Source of the DNA: Eledone cirrhosa
Taxonomy: Eukaryota
Assembly: GCA_964016885.1 (NCBI GenBank)
Contig: OZ024741.1
Location: 207,204,001-207,268,000 of the forward strand
Direction of reading: 5' to 3'
Length of the DNA stretch: 64,000 nucleotides
In this document: piece after piece, positions 32,676 to 45,876 of the stretch
How positions within the stretch are numbered: the first letter of the stretch is position 1
How the letters are laid out: every line of letters starts with the position of its first letter
Program-made: the position numbers and the translations under genes
The notes under the pieces: generated by a model
The model's database searches: none
Told to the model about the DNA's origin: nothing
What the model saw: the letters and a program-made list of their open reading frames with translations, nothing else

Positions 32676-35600
32676 ACACGGGTGTGTATGATTGTGTAAT
32701 AAAAGGAATTCCAACTTTGTCTGATTTACTCGTTTTATTTACAATCCTTTAAAATTTATAATGGTATTAGAATGAAATAGTATGGTAGAATATTAAATGT
32801 TAAGTGTTAATTGAACAAGTACTTTCATGCTTTCGCAATCTTCAGGTTCACATTGTGTGGTGACAGTCAAGTTTGCAATTTTCAACTGTCAGTGTGAGTG
32901 TTTTAGCGAAATTGATAGCTCTAAGAAGAAGTGGTAAAGTGATGGAGGAGTAGTAATTATTGATGTGAATTGGATAAAACGGCAATGTTCCTTGTTGCAT
33001 ATGCCGTTGAACCAATCAATCACCGGGAAAGAATTGTTCCACAGTGCAAGAGGGGACAAACTTCTAATTTCAGGTATAATTCTATCTAAAATCCTTTTAC
33101 TAAGTCTACCTAAATCGAACTTCGTAGGGTTAATAAGCCGAATAGAGGGGTTGTTCGGGAAATTGGACGTGTGATCCTTCAGGGTAAAGTGGGGAGAAAT
33201 AGGGTCCAGAGGTTCAGTCCGGTCCGGGATGTTGCGATCAGAGGTGATTTTAAACCCAGCATCGTTGATTTCATTGATGACGCACCGATTAATTTGACGG
33301 TAATCCTTAGTTACAGCATTATGTAGCAGTTTATGGTAAGTACTGTGTTCCACTTGATATAGATTGCCAGTTTTGTCGGAGTTGACGTGCACGGCATTAG
33401 AATCCTTAACAGAACGAATCCTATTCTTCAGGTCCTGCTGAAAGGAATTGCTCCTATTCCGAAATTTGATAGTCCGTATGAGTTCGAAGACATCATTTTC
33501 GAAGGGTAGCAAAGCTGGGTTACTCGGAGGGTTATTATAGGTTTTAAACCCAAATGTATCATGTTTGTTGTCTGTTTATCCCTGCTTATCGAAATAAAAG
33601 GCACACCAACGCAACCTTTTAATGAACACTTCTGTTTTCTGTATCAGGAGTTTTAGGTATGTTTTCCTGCTTGGTACGGGTATGTTCTTTATAGAAATAT
33701 TCAGATGTTGTTTCTGCATGATGAATATAATTCAATAGAGTGTTCAACCGATGGAGCCAAATAGTAATAATAATAAGTTTGAAGACTAAAATCCAAAGAG
33801 AGCTCGATAAGGATAAATATATATCAAATATATAAAAACCGTAGAGCAAATACTTATTAAAGAAACAGATTAAAGTTTAAGCAAAGAATCGCTGCTTTCA
33901 CCCTTAACGGGATCTTCTGAAACTAAAAAAATCAATCTGTGAACGCGGAAGTAAATATTTCAAAAAACGTTGCAACCGAGGGAAGACATGAAGACGATAC
34001 ATTGGTTCGCGGAAACGTTCATGGCAAAGAACGGATAAAGACAAAGATAATATGTCATAATTTGCAGCGGTGAAAACAATTACACGCAACGACAAAACCA
34101 CGTTTATGGTATAAATGAAGTCGTAGACTAATATTCTATTAGGTGGTTCGTGGAGACGTTCTCTGGCAATGAACGGAAAAAAGGAGATAATACGTCATTG
34201 TGTGGAGCGGTGAGAACAATTACACGTAAAGACAAAACCACGTATATGGTATAACTGAAGTCGTAGACTAAAATTCTATTAGGAAACCGAATGATTCCCG
34301 GCTTCAGAGTTAAGAATAAAGTAAATAAATTACAGAGGTAACTGAAATTAAATATATACATGCACGCAACCATATACGTACAAACACAAGCATACGCGAA
34401 AACACCCGCAATGGGTATACCAATGCAAGCACGTACACAAAAAAACACGCACGCACATACAGATACCACGCAACGCCTGTACCCGCACGCATACGAACGT
34501 ATACACCAAAAACACATAAAAATATGAGAGTATTGAAGTTTGCTTGAAGCATTGTGGAATAATAAGTAAATATCTTTAAGTTGTTTGGAAGCCTCGACAA
34601 TGCAAATGGGTAAATCTCCGGGTAACAAGATCCGGTGTTGGAGAGAGAGAGATGTAAGTGGGTGTACGTTGAGATGCGTGGTGTGTATGAGATGTGTAGA
34701 AGAATGAAGGAAAGAGTATAAAGGATAAAATTAAAATAACAACACGAGAGAGAGTTACCTTGGGAGAGATTTAATAGTCCCTATATATTTCGGATTCACA
34801 TCCATCAACTGGGGGGTTTTCCGGGGTGGGGGAAAGGTTGTCTGTCGGACAGGTACGAAACGCGTCCTCCGCTGTTTGTTGTTCTGAATATCTGAGGTAT
34901 TCGGCAGAGCGTGCGTGCGCGTGAAATGGGGTCGGTCGGGCAGAGTATACATATAATTATATAAACGTATAGAAATATACACACATAAATACGTATAAAC
35001 GCGCTCACACACATACTACCTGTAAATACACATATGTACGCAGACGTACGTCAACCAAAACACATGTACACATATACACAGACCCTACATACGTACGAAC
35101 CCGCATATTCACACAGATGCAAAACTCACGTATACGCATAACCATATGCACAAGTACCAGTATATATAATATATACGCCATAACATATACAAGCAAATAT
35201 ACGTACGAGAAAGTATACATACCTTCACAAAACATAGAGGTAAAATATCCTTACCTACACAAACAAGTAATGGTATAAACATAACATATACTTCGCTACC
35301 ACATCGAGACGTAAAATATCTATAGTTCGTACTATCCGTTAGGGTATAATGTGGGGCTGTAATATAGGAAAGTTTTGTGCAATTTATGTTTACTAGCCGA
35401 AATTGCCTCAGATTTTTTGTTTAAGATGTGGTCATTGGCGTAGAGTATTTCCAGGGACTCAGCGGCGCAGAGGTCACATGGTCTTTTATTTCCGTTATAC
35501 GATCTAGCTTTAGTTAGGATCTCCCAGTGTAACTTCTATTGGGTGTGGTTGTCTTTTAGATTCCAGATATAAGCTGAAATTGACGTCATATACCTTCTTA

Positions 35601-36210
35601 AAGTGTTAAGAAAAGAATGGGTATGCATGTAAAGACGCTGTTTGAATCTATTGGCGGTTAACCCTGTGTAGGTCCTACGGGACGTGGGTGTTTCAACCTT
35701 ACATTTGTAGACAATGTTACTAGAGAGGCATTTCCCGGATAGGGGAAGTCAACCCGATTCCTACAATTACAGTTAGTACTAACTACAGGCTGCACGTGTT
35801 CTTAATGCTAGGTAATTTAGCTAAATTTGAAGCTGTGATGTTATGTGCAAAGTTAGGAGACGTAGAGTAAGAAATTCTATTGCGTGTAATTGTTTTCATC
35901 GCTCCAAATTATGACGCATTATCTTTGTCTTTATCCGTTCTTTGCCAGAGAACGTTTCCACAAACCAAAATATTGTCTTCCTGTCTTCCTTTGGTTGCAA
36001 CTTTTTTTGAAATATTTACTTCCGCGTTCACAGATTGATTTTTTTAGTTTCAGAAGATCCCGTTAAGGGTGAAAGCAGCGATTCTTTGCTTGAACTTTAA
36101 TCTGTTATTTTAATAAATATTTGCTCTACGGTTTTTATATATTTGATATATATTTATCCTTATCGAGCCCTCTTTGGATTTTCTCTTCAAATTTATTATT
36201 ATTACTATAT
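32200..36210 (-). mobile_element. Penelope-like element, partial tandem with inverted segments
   Basis: On the minus strand: GIY-YIG end (35880->35340: CNCRN...SGKCLSSNIVYKC...TYTGLTANRFK...CDLCAAE), then UTR/pLTR, then the ORF N-terminus (33720->32890: NIPVPSRK...FIKRLRW...NSDKTGNLY...SIRLINPTKFDLG). Inverted copies at 32200-32780 and 35880-36210; a further pLTR piece at 37975-38335. Confidence 0.88.
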
Positions 36211-36311
36211 ATATATATATACATATACAAGCACATATACACATATATAGATATACACATATATAACTATACACATAAATATATATGTATATATATATAC
36301 ACACACGCATA

Positions 36312-36347
<36 letters not shown>

Positions 36348-36380
36348 CATACACACATACATATATATTTATATATGCAT

Positions 36381-36496
<116 letters not shown>

Positions 36497-37315
36497 CATT
36501 ATGAAGAGAGAAGAAACATTAGATATAATTAGTAATAAGATATATCATACCTAAGCTGCTTCTATAGTCCCCGACTACGTAGTCTCGTGGCATATTATGC
36601 AAAAACACTAGAACATAGAGATATAGAGTTTTTGTGAGGTTCTGCCGACTTATCAAGGGGATACCTCATTAAGGTTTTCAAAACACGTCTATGATGCGCG
36701 AGATAGAATCTCGAAAAGGCGGAGGCAGAGTCAATCACGTGATACAGGGTCAAGAAACAGAGCTAAGCCCCTTATAACCCTGAAAAAAATACCACGGAGG
36801 CGAGAGGGTATTTATATCAAAGCCGTAGAAGATGTGGTTTGAGGACGCGAGAAATATGAGTAATGGTAGCTATCCAGCAGTCACTACACTTCAAAGGTTA
36901 CTCGACCAAAGGGAGTTATAAACAATATATAGAGAGAAACACACAAATACATGCGGACACATACATACACATGAATATATCCACATATATCCCTGAGTTA
37001 GAGGTACCAACATCAACCGATTGCTCTATGAATAACTGGGACAAACCAATCCGAATGGATTAGACTGATTCAGTATCAGAGCTATATAATATATTATGAA
37101 GAGAGAAGAAACATTAGATATAATTAGTAATAAGATATATCATACCTAAGCTGCTTCTATAGTCCCCGACTACGTAGTTTCGTGGCATATAATGCAAAAA
37201 CACTAGATCATAGAGATATGAGGTTGGTACCACTAACTCAGGGATATATGTGGATATATTCATGTGTATGTATGTGTCCGCATATATCTGTGTGTTTCTC
37301 TCTCTATATATATAT
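36497..37315 (-). mobile_element. Diverged family-B non-coding element (unit ~595 bp plus partial repeat plus inversion)
   Basis: Reverse complement matches 11392-12271: CCCC-TTGATAA-GTCGGCA...TGCCAC-GA(G/A)AC-TACGTA-GTC-GGGG. 36499-36620 recurs at ~37095, and 37220-37310 is inverted. Confidence 0.75.
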
Positions 37316-37880
37316 ATAGACAGATACATTGTAGGTCGCTTTAAGCCATCTTTTGTTATTTAAAAAACTTCTTGCCAATAATCATTAACCCTTTGTGCAC
37401 CATTCATTTAACTGTAGACCAACAAATAAACGGAGTGTTGACAAGTAAACGGAGCGTTGACAAGAACGGTGGCAAATGAATCTTCGAGGTAAGCAGTTTC
37501 CTCCCGAGCTGTTAGTTCACGCGGGATTCTCTGCTACACATCTTCGTAATAATTGTTTCTACTTTAGGCACAAAGCCAGCAATTACACAGTGCATTACTG
37601 GTACTTTATTTTTTTCGACCCCGTAAGGATGAAAGGCACGAACAACGTACTGCTGGTCACTCCTTCCTCCAAAAGCCGTACAAAGCATCTCTCTCTCTCT
37701 CTTTATATATATATATATATATAACGAAGGAAAAGTGGTAAGGAACCAGGTGGACCATAACGCACCAAAGTACTCAATACTTAGGGTAGTAGAGTGGGTA
37801 ATAGGAACAAGTAAGACCCCGACGGCTGAGCTCAAGCCGTTTCGACGGCTAAGCTCAGCCGTCGGGGTCTTAATTGTTCC

Positions 37881-37974
<94 letters not shown>

Positions 37975-38479
37975 AAGAACAGATTAAAGTTTAAGCAAAG
38001 AATCGGTGCTTTCAACATTAATGGGATCTTCTGAAACTAAAAAATTTAATCTGTGAACGCAGAAGTAAATATTTCGAGAAACGTTGCAACCGAAAGAAAA
38101 CAGGAAGACGATATTTTGTTTCGTGAAGACGTTCCCTGGTAATGAACAGGAAAAAGCGAGGATAATACGTCGTTATGTGGACCTAGAAGAACAATTTCAT
38201 GCAAAGACAAGACCAAGTTTAAAGTATAAATGGAGTCGTTAGACTAACATTCTATTTAAAATAACAGAATGATTTCCAGCCCCAGAGTAATGATGTAAAT
38301 AAAATTGAAAACGAAAATGACCGAGGTTATTAAAATAGTAAAAGTAAATAGTGAAGATTTAGGCCAGTACATACGTATGCCCCGACAGACATACACATAC
38401 ATACGCACACACAAATACATACACACCCACACACACACACACATGCACACACACACGCGCACGCACGTACGCACGCACG

Positions 38480-38925
38480 CACGCACGCGTATGTATAACC
38501 CTTATGCATTTCTACAGTATTTTCACCAAACTTAAGACAGGTTACTTATGTACTCCGGATGGTCATGGGCACTTTCATTTTTCCAGATATTGATTATAGG
38601 GCCTCCCGGCAGTTAACCCCCTTTAACCACTTCCTTGGAGGTGACTGAAGCACTGCAGTGCAATGCAACAAAACGTCATAACTTCTGGAGTTCGCAACCG
38701 ATTTTCACAAAACTTGACACATGGGTTACGTTTGTTCTACAGATGAATTTGAACTCCCAGAATAGGCACATATTGAGTAGGGGACCCCTGGGGGCAAGAA
38801 CCCCCTTTTGGAAAAAGCCGATGATTTTGTAAAAGTATAGTTTTCGAAGCAGCACTGAAGTATTGACATAAATGGTATACATAACTGCTATTTAATACCC
38901 GAGCAACGCCGGGTACCTCTGCTAG
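38480..38925 (+). mobile_element. Non-autonomous Helitron 3' part
   Basis: CCCGAGCAACGCCGGG hairpin, then TACCTCTG-CTAG|T at 38922-38926, closely similar to the terminus at 1020. Internal CCGATTTTCACAAAACTT motif. Confidence 0.75.
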
Positions 38926-38954
38926 TATTAAATATTTATTGATACCTTAACATA

Positions 38955-39001
<47 letters not shown>

Positions 39002-39270
39002 CGTGTGTGTGTTTGTGTGTGTGGGGTGAGTGGTTGTAGAGATGTGTCAGGGAGTAACTACAGTTAAAAAGGGTACTCAATGCGTTGTATCTTTATATAG
39101 AGAAATGACTTCAGGACAAGAAATGTTTCACTCGTATGAAACAGTTCTTGTCCTGTAAATGTTACGTCTCTCTCTCTCTCTCACTCTCTTTCTTTATATA
39201 TATATATATATGTACGTGCACACACACACGCACACACATACACGCGCGTACACACACACACACACACACA

Positions 39271-39347
<77 letters not shown>

Positions 39348-39619
39348 CATATATAAATACTCTTCTACAATTCAATATTAAAACCATTTTCCACATAACT
39401 TCAGTGTGAAGCTAAGAGGTCACAAACATAAAGTATAACCTTTTCATTTTTTTTATTTTCGAAAGTCTAAATTATTTTGTTTCAATATAGATGATAGACT
39501 AGTTGTTTCTCGATAAAACGTCAATGAGATAGTTCCGTACCAATGCAGATTTAACACTTTGACAAACGAATCTACACGAAACACTTGTTTCATTTAATTC
39601 TACATACTTGTTTTCTGTT

Positions 39620-40235
39620 AAGGGGGTGGGCAGCATTGGTAGAGCGTCGTTGGACACCATGCATCGTGGCATAAAGTCACGGACCTTTACGTACTAGTTT
39701 CCCGTCGAGGTTAACTTTGTCTTTCTTCCTAATGTACCAGTAATGCACTAGGTCGATTTAATTGACTTACCCCACACCCCCAAATAAATTGCTGGCCTTG
39801 TGTCTAAATTAGAAACCATTATTAATAAAGAAAGGAAGGTGAATTGGCAGTATCGGTAGAGCGTCGGACACCATGCAGCATAGAGTTAAGTCTCTTTACG
39901 TTCCGATTTCAAATACCGCTGAGGTTAGCTTTGCCTTTCATCTGTACGAGATCGATAAAATAAAGCACCAGTAATGCACTGAGGTCGATTTAATCGACTT
40001 TCCCTTCCTCTTCAAAGTGTGCCCTTATTAATAAAGGGCGGTGGATTGGCAGTATCGGTAAAGGGTCGGACACGGTGCTTTGACGCAAAGAGTTACAGCC
40101 CTTTATGGTCTGAGTTCAAATCCCGCCGAGGTTAACTTTGCCTTTCATCCTTACGGGGTCGATAAAATAAAGTACCAGTAATACACTGGAATAATTGCTG
40201 GCATTGTGCCAAAAGTAGAAACAATTATTAATAAA
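39620..40235 (+). mobile_element. Three head-to-tail SINE copies
   Basis: Starts at ~39620, ~39835 and ~40036, each with GGCAG(T/C)AT(C/T)GGTA...GAGGTTA(A/G)CTTTG...ACCAGTAAT. B-box GAGTTCAAATCCCGCC is in the third copy. Confidence 0.85.
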
Positions 40236-40293
40236 GAAAGGATTGGAGAGTAGTGAAAGGTGATAACTCTTAATCATTTACTATCCCTATTTC

Positions 40294-40358
<65 letters not shown>

Positions 40359-41464
40359 CACTCTATCTCTCTCTTTCTTTTTCCCTGTGACTTCTTTCTC
40401 TCAGTTGAAATAGAAGAAGGATATAAAGAACGAAAAAAGTATTTCAGAGGAAGACAAACTATGTATGTGTTACGTTTTTCAGAGTAAAATTTAGTCGGTG
40501 GTAAATAGAATAGATGAGAGAAAGAGACAGGCTGAATATTCCACTTCACCTTTTTACATGAGCTTTCCCAGCAACCGATAATATTAGTGGACCCCATATG
40601 ATATGTTTGAAATTGTTAAATTTTTTCTTGCCCGGATATTTTATAAGGCTCTGTTCAATTCTAATTTAAAACAATGCATACTGCCGTGTCCTCTTTTACA
40701 ATCTATTCAATACCTGGCATTCTTTTATATCTCCAAACTTGGAAACTATCTTTTCTTCTAAAGCTTTTTAAAGAATTCAGTATTCAAATTCAAAAGTATT
40801 GAAAATATCGAATTGCTTAGTAATTTCAGTTTTCACACCGTTGACTGCATTATTTCCAGTGTTTACATGATTATCTTCCAAAAATGCTCCTGCGATAATC
40901 ATCGAATCAGTTTCTTTTTGAAAATTAATAAACCATATACATCTCTTTCACTTCTATCGTCAAGATTCTAATTATTCTATGCTACCAACATAAAAAGAGT
41001 CTGTTCAGCATATCTGAAATTGCTAACAATTCTTCTGTCGATGTACAGTGCTCACAAAACATAGATCTATAACTTGTCATGAATAACCTCAAGATCTCAT
41101 ATTTAATAAAGACAATACATACTTCCTCGGCATACTGTCTAGTTCTCTGAATGACCGCCTGTTGAGTAACAACAGCCTCGCTTGTTCCTATATCAATTAT
41201 GAAACCAACGTGTTTGTTTGTTATTTACATTTCACCTGCAATCATCTTAAATAGGATTTTACTAATAAGATTTGATTTATCAGTAAGTAGAGGGAAATAA
41301 ATCTAACCCAAGCAATTAAGTTCTATATTTTTATGGTTAGACAATGTATGTATGTATGTATGTATGTATGTATGTATGTATGTATGTATGTATGTATGTA
41401 TGCATGCATTTGTGTATGTATGTGTGTATGTATGTATATGTGTGTAGTTATTCATGCATATTTT

Positions 41465-41597
41465 ATGGATGTCGGCAGAATGTCAGACAGAATGATTTGC
41501 GGTATTCATTCCGGCTCTCGGCTTTCTCAGTTCAAATCCCACCGAGGTCAAATTTACGTTTCCTCCATTCGAGATCGATAAAAAAAGTACCAGTATA
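41465..41597 (+). mobile_element. Diverged SINE copy
   Basis: GGCAGAATG...AGTTCAAATCCCACCGAGGTC...TCGATAAAAAAAGTACCAGT. Confidence 0.7.
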
Positions 41598-41760
41598 GTA
41601 TCTATTTCTCACTTCATTTTTTTTCACTCTATCTTTCTCTGGAAGAAATCTGTTGTACTCAGACCTAGAAAGAAGAAGGGTTCTGTCAAATTTAAATGCC
41701 CTAGAAACGCTGAATGGTGCACCTATTATATATATATACTACACAGACACATACACACAT

Positions 41761-41847
<87 letters not shown>

Positions 41848-42049
41848 AACATATTTAATATCATGTTTAATATAGAAATGGCATCTACAGGACTAAAACT
41901 GTTTCATTCAAAAGAAATCAACAGCTCTATTCCTGTAGAAGCCATGTCTATATTAAATATGATGTTTACACTCTACTATTGTATTGTGTACCTTACTTAC
42001 TGTTGTTAGGCCCGATTGAACCTGGGACACACACACATTTATATATATA

Positions 42050-42412
42050 TATATATGTATAGTATATTTGACAATATACCGTATGTTTAATTAAAATCAG
42101 AAGACCATTCACTATCAGTTTTAAAGTAGTGACTATGTCATTTACTTATTTTTCGGCAAAGGTAGGGCGTTTATCAAAACCATGCACTCACCTGCCTTTG
42201 CCGAAAATTATAGAAGTTGGATTCTTATAGAATTCCAGTAATAATCAGGAGCTGATTGCACAGAGCGATTGCCGGTCCAGCAAAAATTAGGTATTAGTAT
42301 TTGTGCTCCAATGGTCTTCTAAATATTTTTAGTTAAACATACGGTATATTGCCAAATATACTATACATACATCGCTATTTATACATCGCTATTTCAGAGC
42401 ACCAATACTAAC
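42050..42412. repeat. Diverged dispersed relative of the 310-bp array unit, with internal inversion
   Basis: GAGCGATTGCCGGTCCAGCAAAAATTAG vs array GAGCGGTTGCCGGTCCGGCAGAAATTAG; ATCGCTATTTCAGAGCA is shared. Orientation switches at ~42310. Confidence 0.75.
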
Positions 42413-45400
42413 ACAACAATCACAACCACCACCACCATAACAGCAACATAAAAAAATAGTGACAACAAAACAAACGACAAACACAGTCCCACCCAGCCCC
42501 TCCCCACCTAAAACAACTGCAGAAACACCCACACACATAACAGCTCCCCAAAATATACCCCTCCCCAACAACACGGATGAGGCCTCATCATCGTCACCCA
42601 GTGACGATGTGGGAGAGCCTTTCCGACCAGTAAAAAGAAAAAGAAAAGACATAACACAAACAAAAATGCAACAAACACACAAACACCAACACAAGCGACG
42701 CAAACAGCACAAACAAAAACACCCCTCCTGAAGACAAAACACCTACTACAAAACGTAAACACACACAAGAACCACAAACAAAAAGCAACCCAACACAACA
42801 AACATGTTACACCTACATAAATACTAACAATAAAACTTTAACACCGAAGGGAAAACTTTTACACACTCTTCGGAGAATCCTAATCTTAAAATGATTAGGA
42901 CCTCCATGGACACACATAAACAGTTAAAAGAAAAATTTCCTAACGACGTAGGTAACCCCTGCGTCAAACCCTACAATCGAGTCCTGTTAAAATGTTTCCC
43001 CACCCCATCCCACCAGACACCCCCTCCCCACCAAACATCTCTGTCTCCACCCCTCCAGAGACCACAACCCCACCAAACAACCCCTCCAACACCCCCATGG
43101 AAATTGTTCAGCCTGGTCCCCAGGAGACGAAGAGGTGAGTGATTTCTTTTCCTCTTCTTTTAACTTTTCAGCACCAACATGGCCAATATAAGAGTTGGAT
43201 GTGTGAATGTACGCGGCCTGGGAATGCTCTGGAAACAGGGCAAACTCTTAAACGACCTCAGGTCGCACAGTATGGATGTAGTAGACATTTACGAGTCCAG
43301 GATCCACAGCGAGCAACAACTGGCCCCCAACTTCGAAGACTTTGAGATCTACGCATCTCTCTGTCAGCCGGGAGGTGGGGGTGGGGTTGCTGTTTTGCTG
43401 AGGAAACACCTGGACCTCGTCACACAGACGGTAGATCTGGACTCGGAGGGTCGACTGGTGGTCCTAGACGTTGACGGTAGTGAAGGTGGAGCCTTCAGGC
43501 CGGTGGCCGCATATGCCCCATCCGGGACACCGCGGCCAGACTTATTCAAACGTCTAGAGTCTTTTCTGGGAACGTCCCGCTCCCTGCTGTTAGTGGGGAT
43601 CTGGAATGGAATTCTAGCTGCACGTTGGGACTATGTGGGAGCATGTCCCGATAGAGGGGGGTGTAACAGCTTCAAACAGTTAATCGGCCGATTTGACCTG
43701 GCCGATAGATATCAACTAGGTTTTCCGACTGTGCCACTGTGGACGTGGACTAATCTTAACGGAACATCTAGATCGTACCTAGATAGGGTTCTAGTTAGAG
43801 AGAAGGATATGGACATGTTAAGCTGTCCACAAATGTTCATGGTTGCCTATTCAGATCACAAATTAGTGACCTGCTTAGTCAACCTTGACAAAACCCATAG
43901 ACAGGGACCTGGCTACTGGAAGCTGAACTTGTCGTTACCGACATGCAAAGCCTACAGTAGACGGATTAACACTTTAGTTAAGCAGCACTTGACGGGGGCC
44001 ATTGTCAACAACAGATGGTGGTACTCTTTCAAGAGGGCAGTTAGATTAGACTCGATAGGTTTTAGTAAATAATTAGTGTTAGATAGAAATAAGGCCGAAA
44101 AGGAACTGGTAGATAAAGTAAAAGAGGCACTTAGGAGTGGCAACGTAGCCTACGTGCTAGCGACGATAACAGTTTTGGACCGTTCTTCGACGCAAAGCAT
44201 GAAGGCTGCGTTGTCAGAAGCAAAATACGTGCTCTGGGAAACGAGGGAGCCAAAGCTGTTAGCTGGGCCCGAGTGACGGAGGCGAAAAGTGGCAACAAGT
44301 CCACGATTCGGTCTTTGAAGGACCAAGACGGACGCGTGATACGTGAGCCGAAGCAAATGTGCGCGGCCTTTCAACGACGATTTGCTCAACTGTTCGGACA
44401 GGGCGGCGCGCCGGTAGGGGCTATGGATTTCGGTTCATACCTCGACAGCCTACCGCGACTCTCGGACAGCGAGGCGAAGTTCTGCGAAAGGCTGATTTCG
44501 GCCGCTGAGATAGGGGACGCGCTGAGCCAATGCGGCAAACGAAAATCTCCAGGTCTCGACGGTCTACCCTACGAATTTTACGTACCAATGCCGGACTTGT
44601 TCTCCGGTCTCCTGGAAGCGGGCTACTGCAACTGGCAGCAGAACGGGAGAATTCCCAGTTCTGTGACCAAGGGCGTAATCACGTTAGTCAGGAAGGACGA
44701 GAACAAGGGGGATGACATGGGTAACTTCCGGCCCATAAATCTGCTCAACACAGAGTTACAGATTTTGGCCAAGGTGTTGGCAAAGAGGCTGGTGTTTGTC
44801 GTCGAAAACCTGGTGGGAGAAGCGCAGACATGCGCAATCCCGACAAGGTCCATACAGGACAACCTCCACCTCATGCGATACATCATAGAGAGGGTAGGGT
44901 GTAAACCCGGCTTCGGTGGGGCCCTGATCAACATTACCTGGATGCGGTGCTCGAGGCGGCAGGCTTCGGACCCGTGTTCAGGGGCTGGAATGCTGCAATG
45001 CACAGCAGAAACATCTGCTCAAGGGTCAAGGTGAACGGCTACCTCTCGGGGCCGTTCCATATCACGCGATCCATCCGACAGGGATGCCCTCTCTCCTCCC
45101 TTCTGTACGTACTGACTCTCGAGCCACTACTGCGGAAGTTGGAGCTATTGCAGGGCATGCCTTTGGAACCGGGACTGCGAAAAGCGGCGTCGGCCTACGC
45201 CGACGACGTGACAGTAATGGTGTCGAGAACCTCGAAAATCGGGGAGATCGGCACCTTACTGAAGTAATACGAAAGGTTCACAGGAGCGAAGCTGAACCGG
45301 GACAAATCCGTCGGTTTTCAACTCGCAGCGTGGAGAGGCAAATCGATGCCTTCCAATAACGTCGTCGGACGCTGGACGGAAGGACCGGTAAAGGTGCTCG

Positions 45401-45876
45401 GGGAATCAGGTTTGGCCCGGACCTCCACGTGGAGAAGAATTGGAAGGGGGTGACGGCCAAGGTGTTTGTGCTCACCCAGAAGTGGGCTGAGTGCAAACTA
45501 TCCTTGAAACGTCGAGCGTCCGTCATCTACAACCGCTTGACCGCTGTACCTTGTCCAGCCAAAACGCTCACCAAATGGAGCGCGCGCTCTTCCAATTCCT
45601 TTGGAAGAAACGGACTCCTTTGGTGAGAAGATCCATCTGCTGCCAACACCCTTCAAACGGAGGGCTGGGGATGCCGTGGATGACGATGCGCAAACACGCG
45701 CTCAGGCTGCGGCACCTCCACGTATTCCTCACCAGACAACCGGTGTGGACCCCGTTCGTGAGACGTGCCTTCCCACTACTCGTATCGCTGACCGAGCTGC
45801 AGTCCTGGGTCAAGCAAATACCGAGGAAAATGACTGGCACATCGAATGTACTCAGGCAAACAGACCCGGCGATCAG
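42412..45876 (+). mobile_element. L1/Tx1-clade LINE (possible ORF1 remnant plus APE-RT ORF2), disrupted and 3' interrupted
   Basis: APE: VGCVNVRGL, YESR, GGVAVL, AYAP, SYLDRVL, SDHK, GPGYWKLN. RT: KSPGLDGLPYEFY, NFRPINLLN, SIRQGCPLSSLLY, AYADDVT, GGLGMP. Confidence 0.9.

Noticed and set aside
40036-40135. tRNA genes
   Set aside because: The A/B-box-like motifs belong to multi-copy SINE heads with a shared non-tRNA tail; no cloverleaf.
40480-41330. Possible host exon or transposase remnant
   Set aside because: No sustained ORF or motif that I could assign with confidence.
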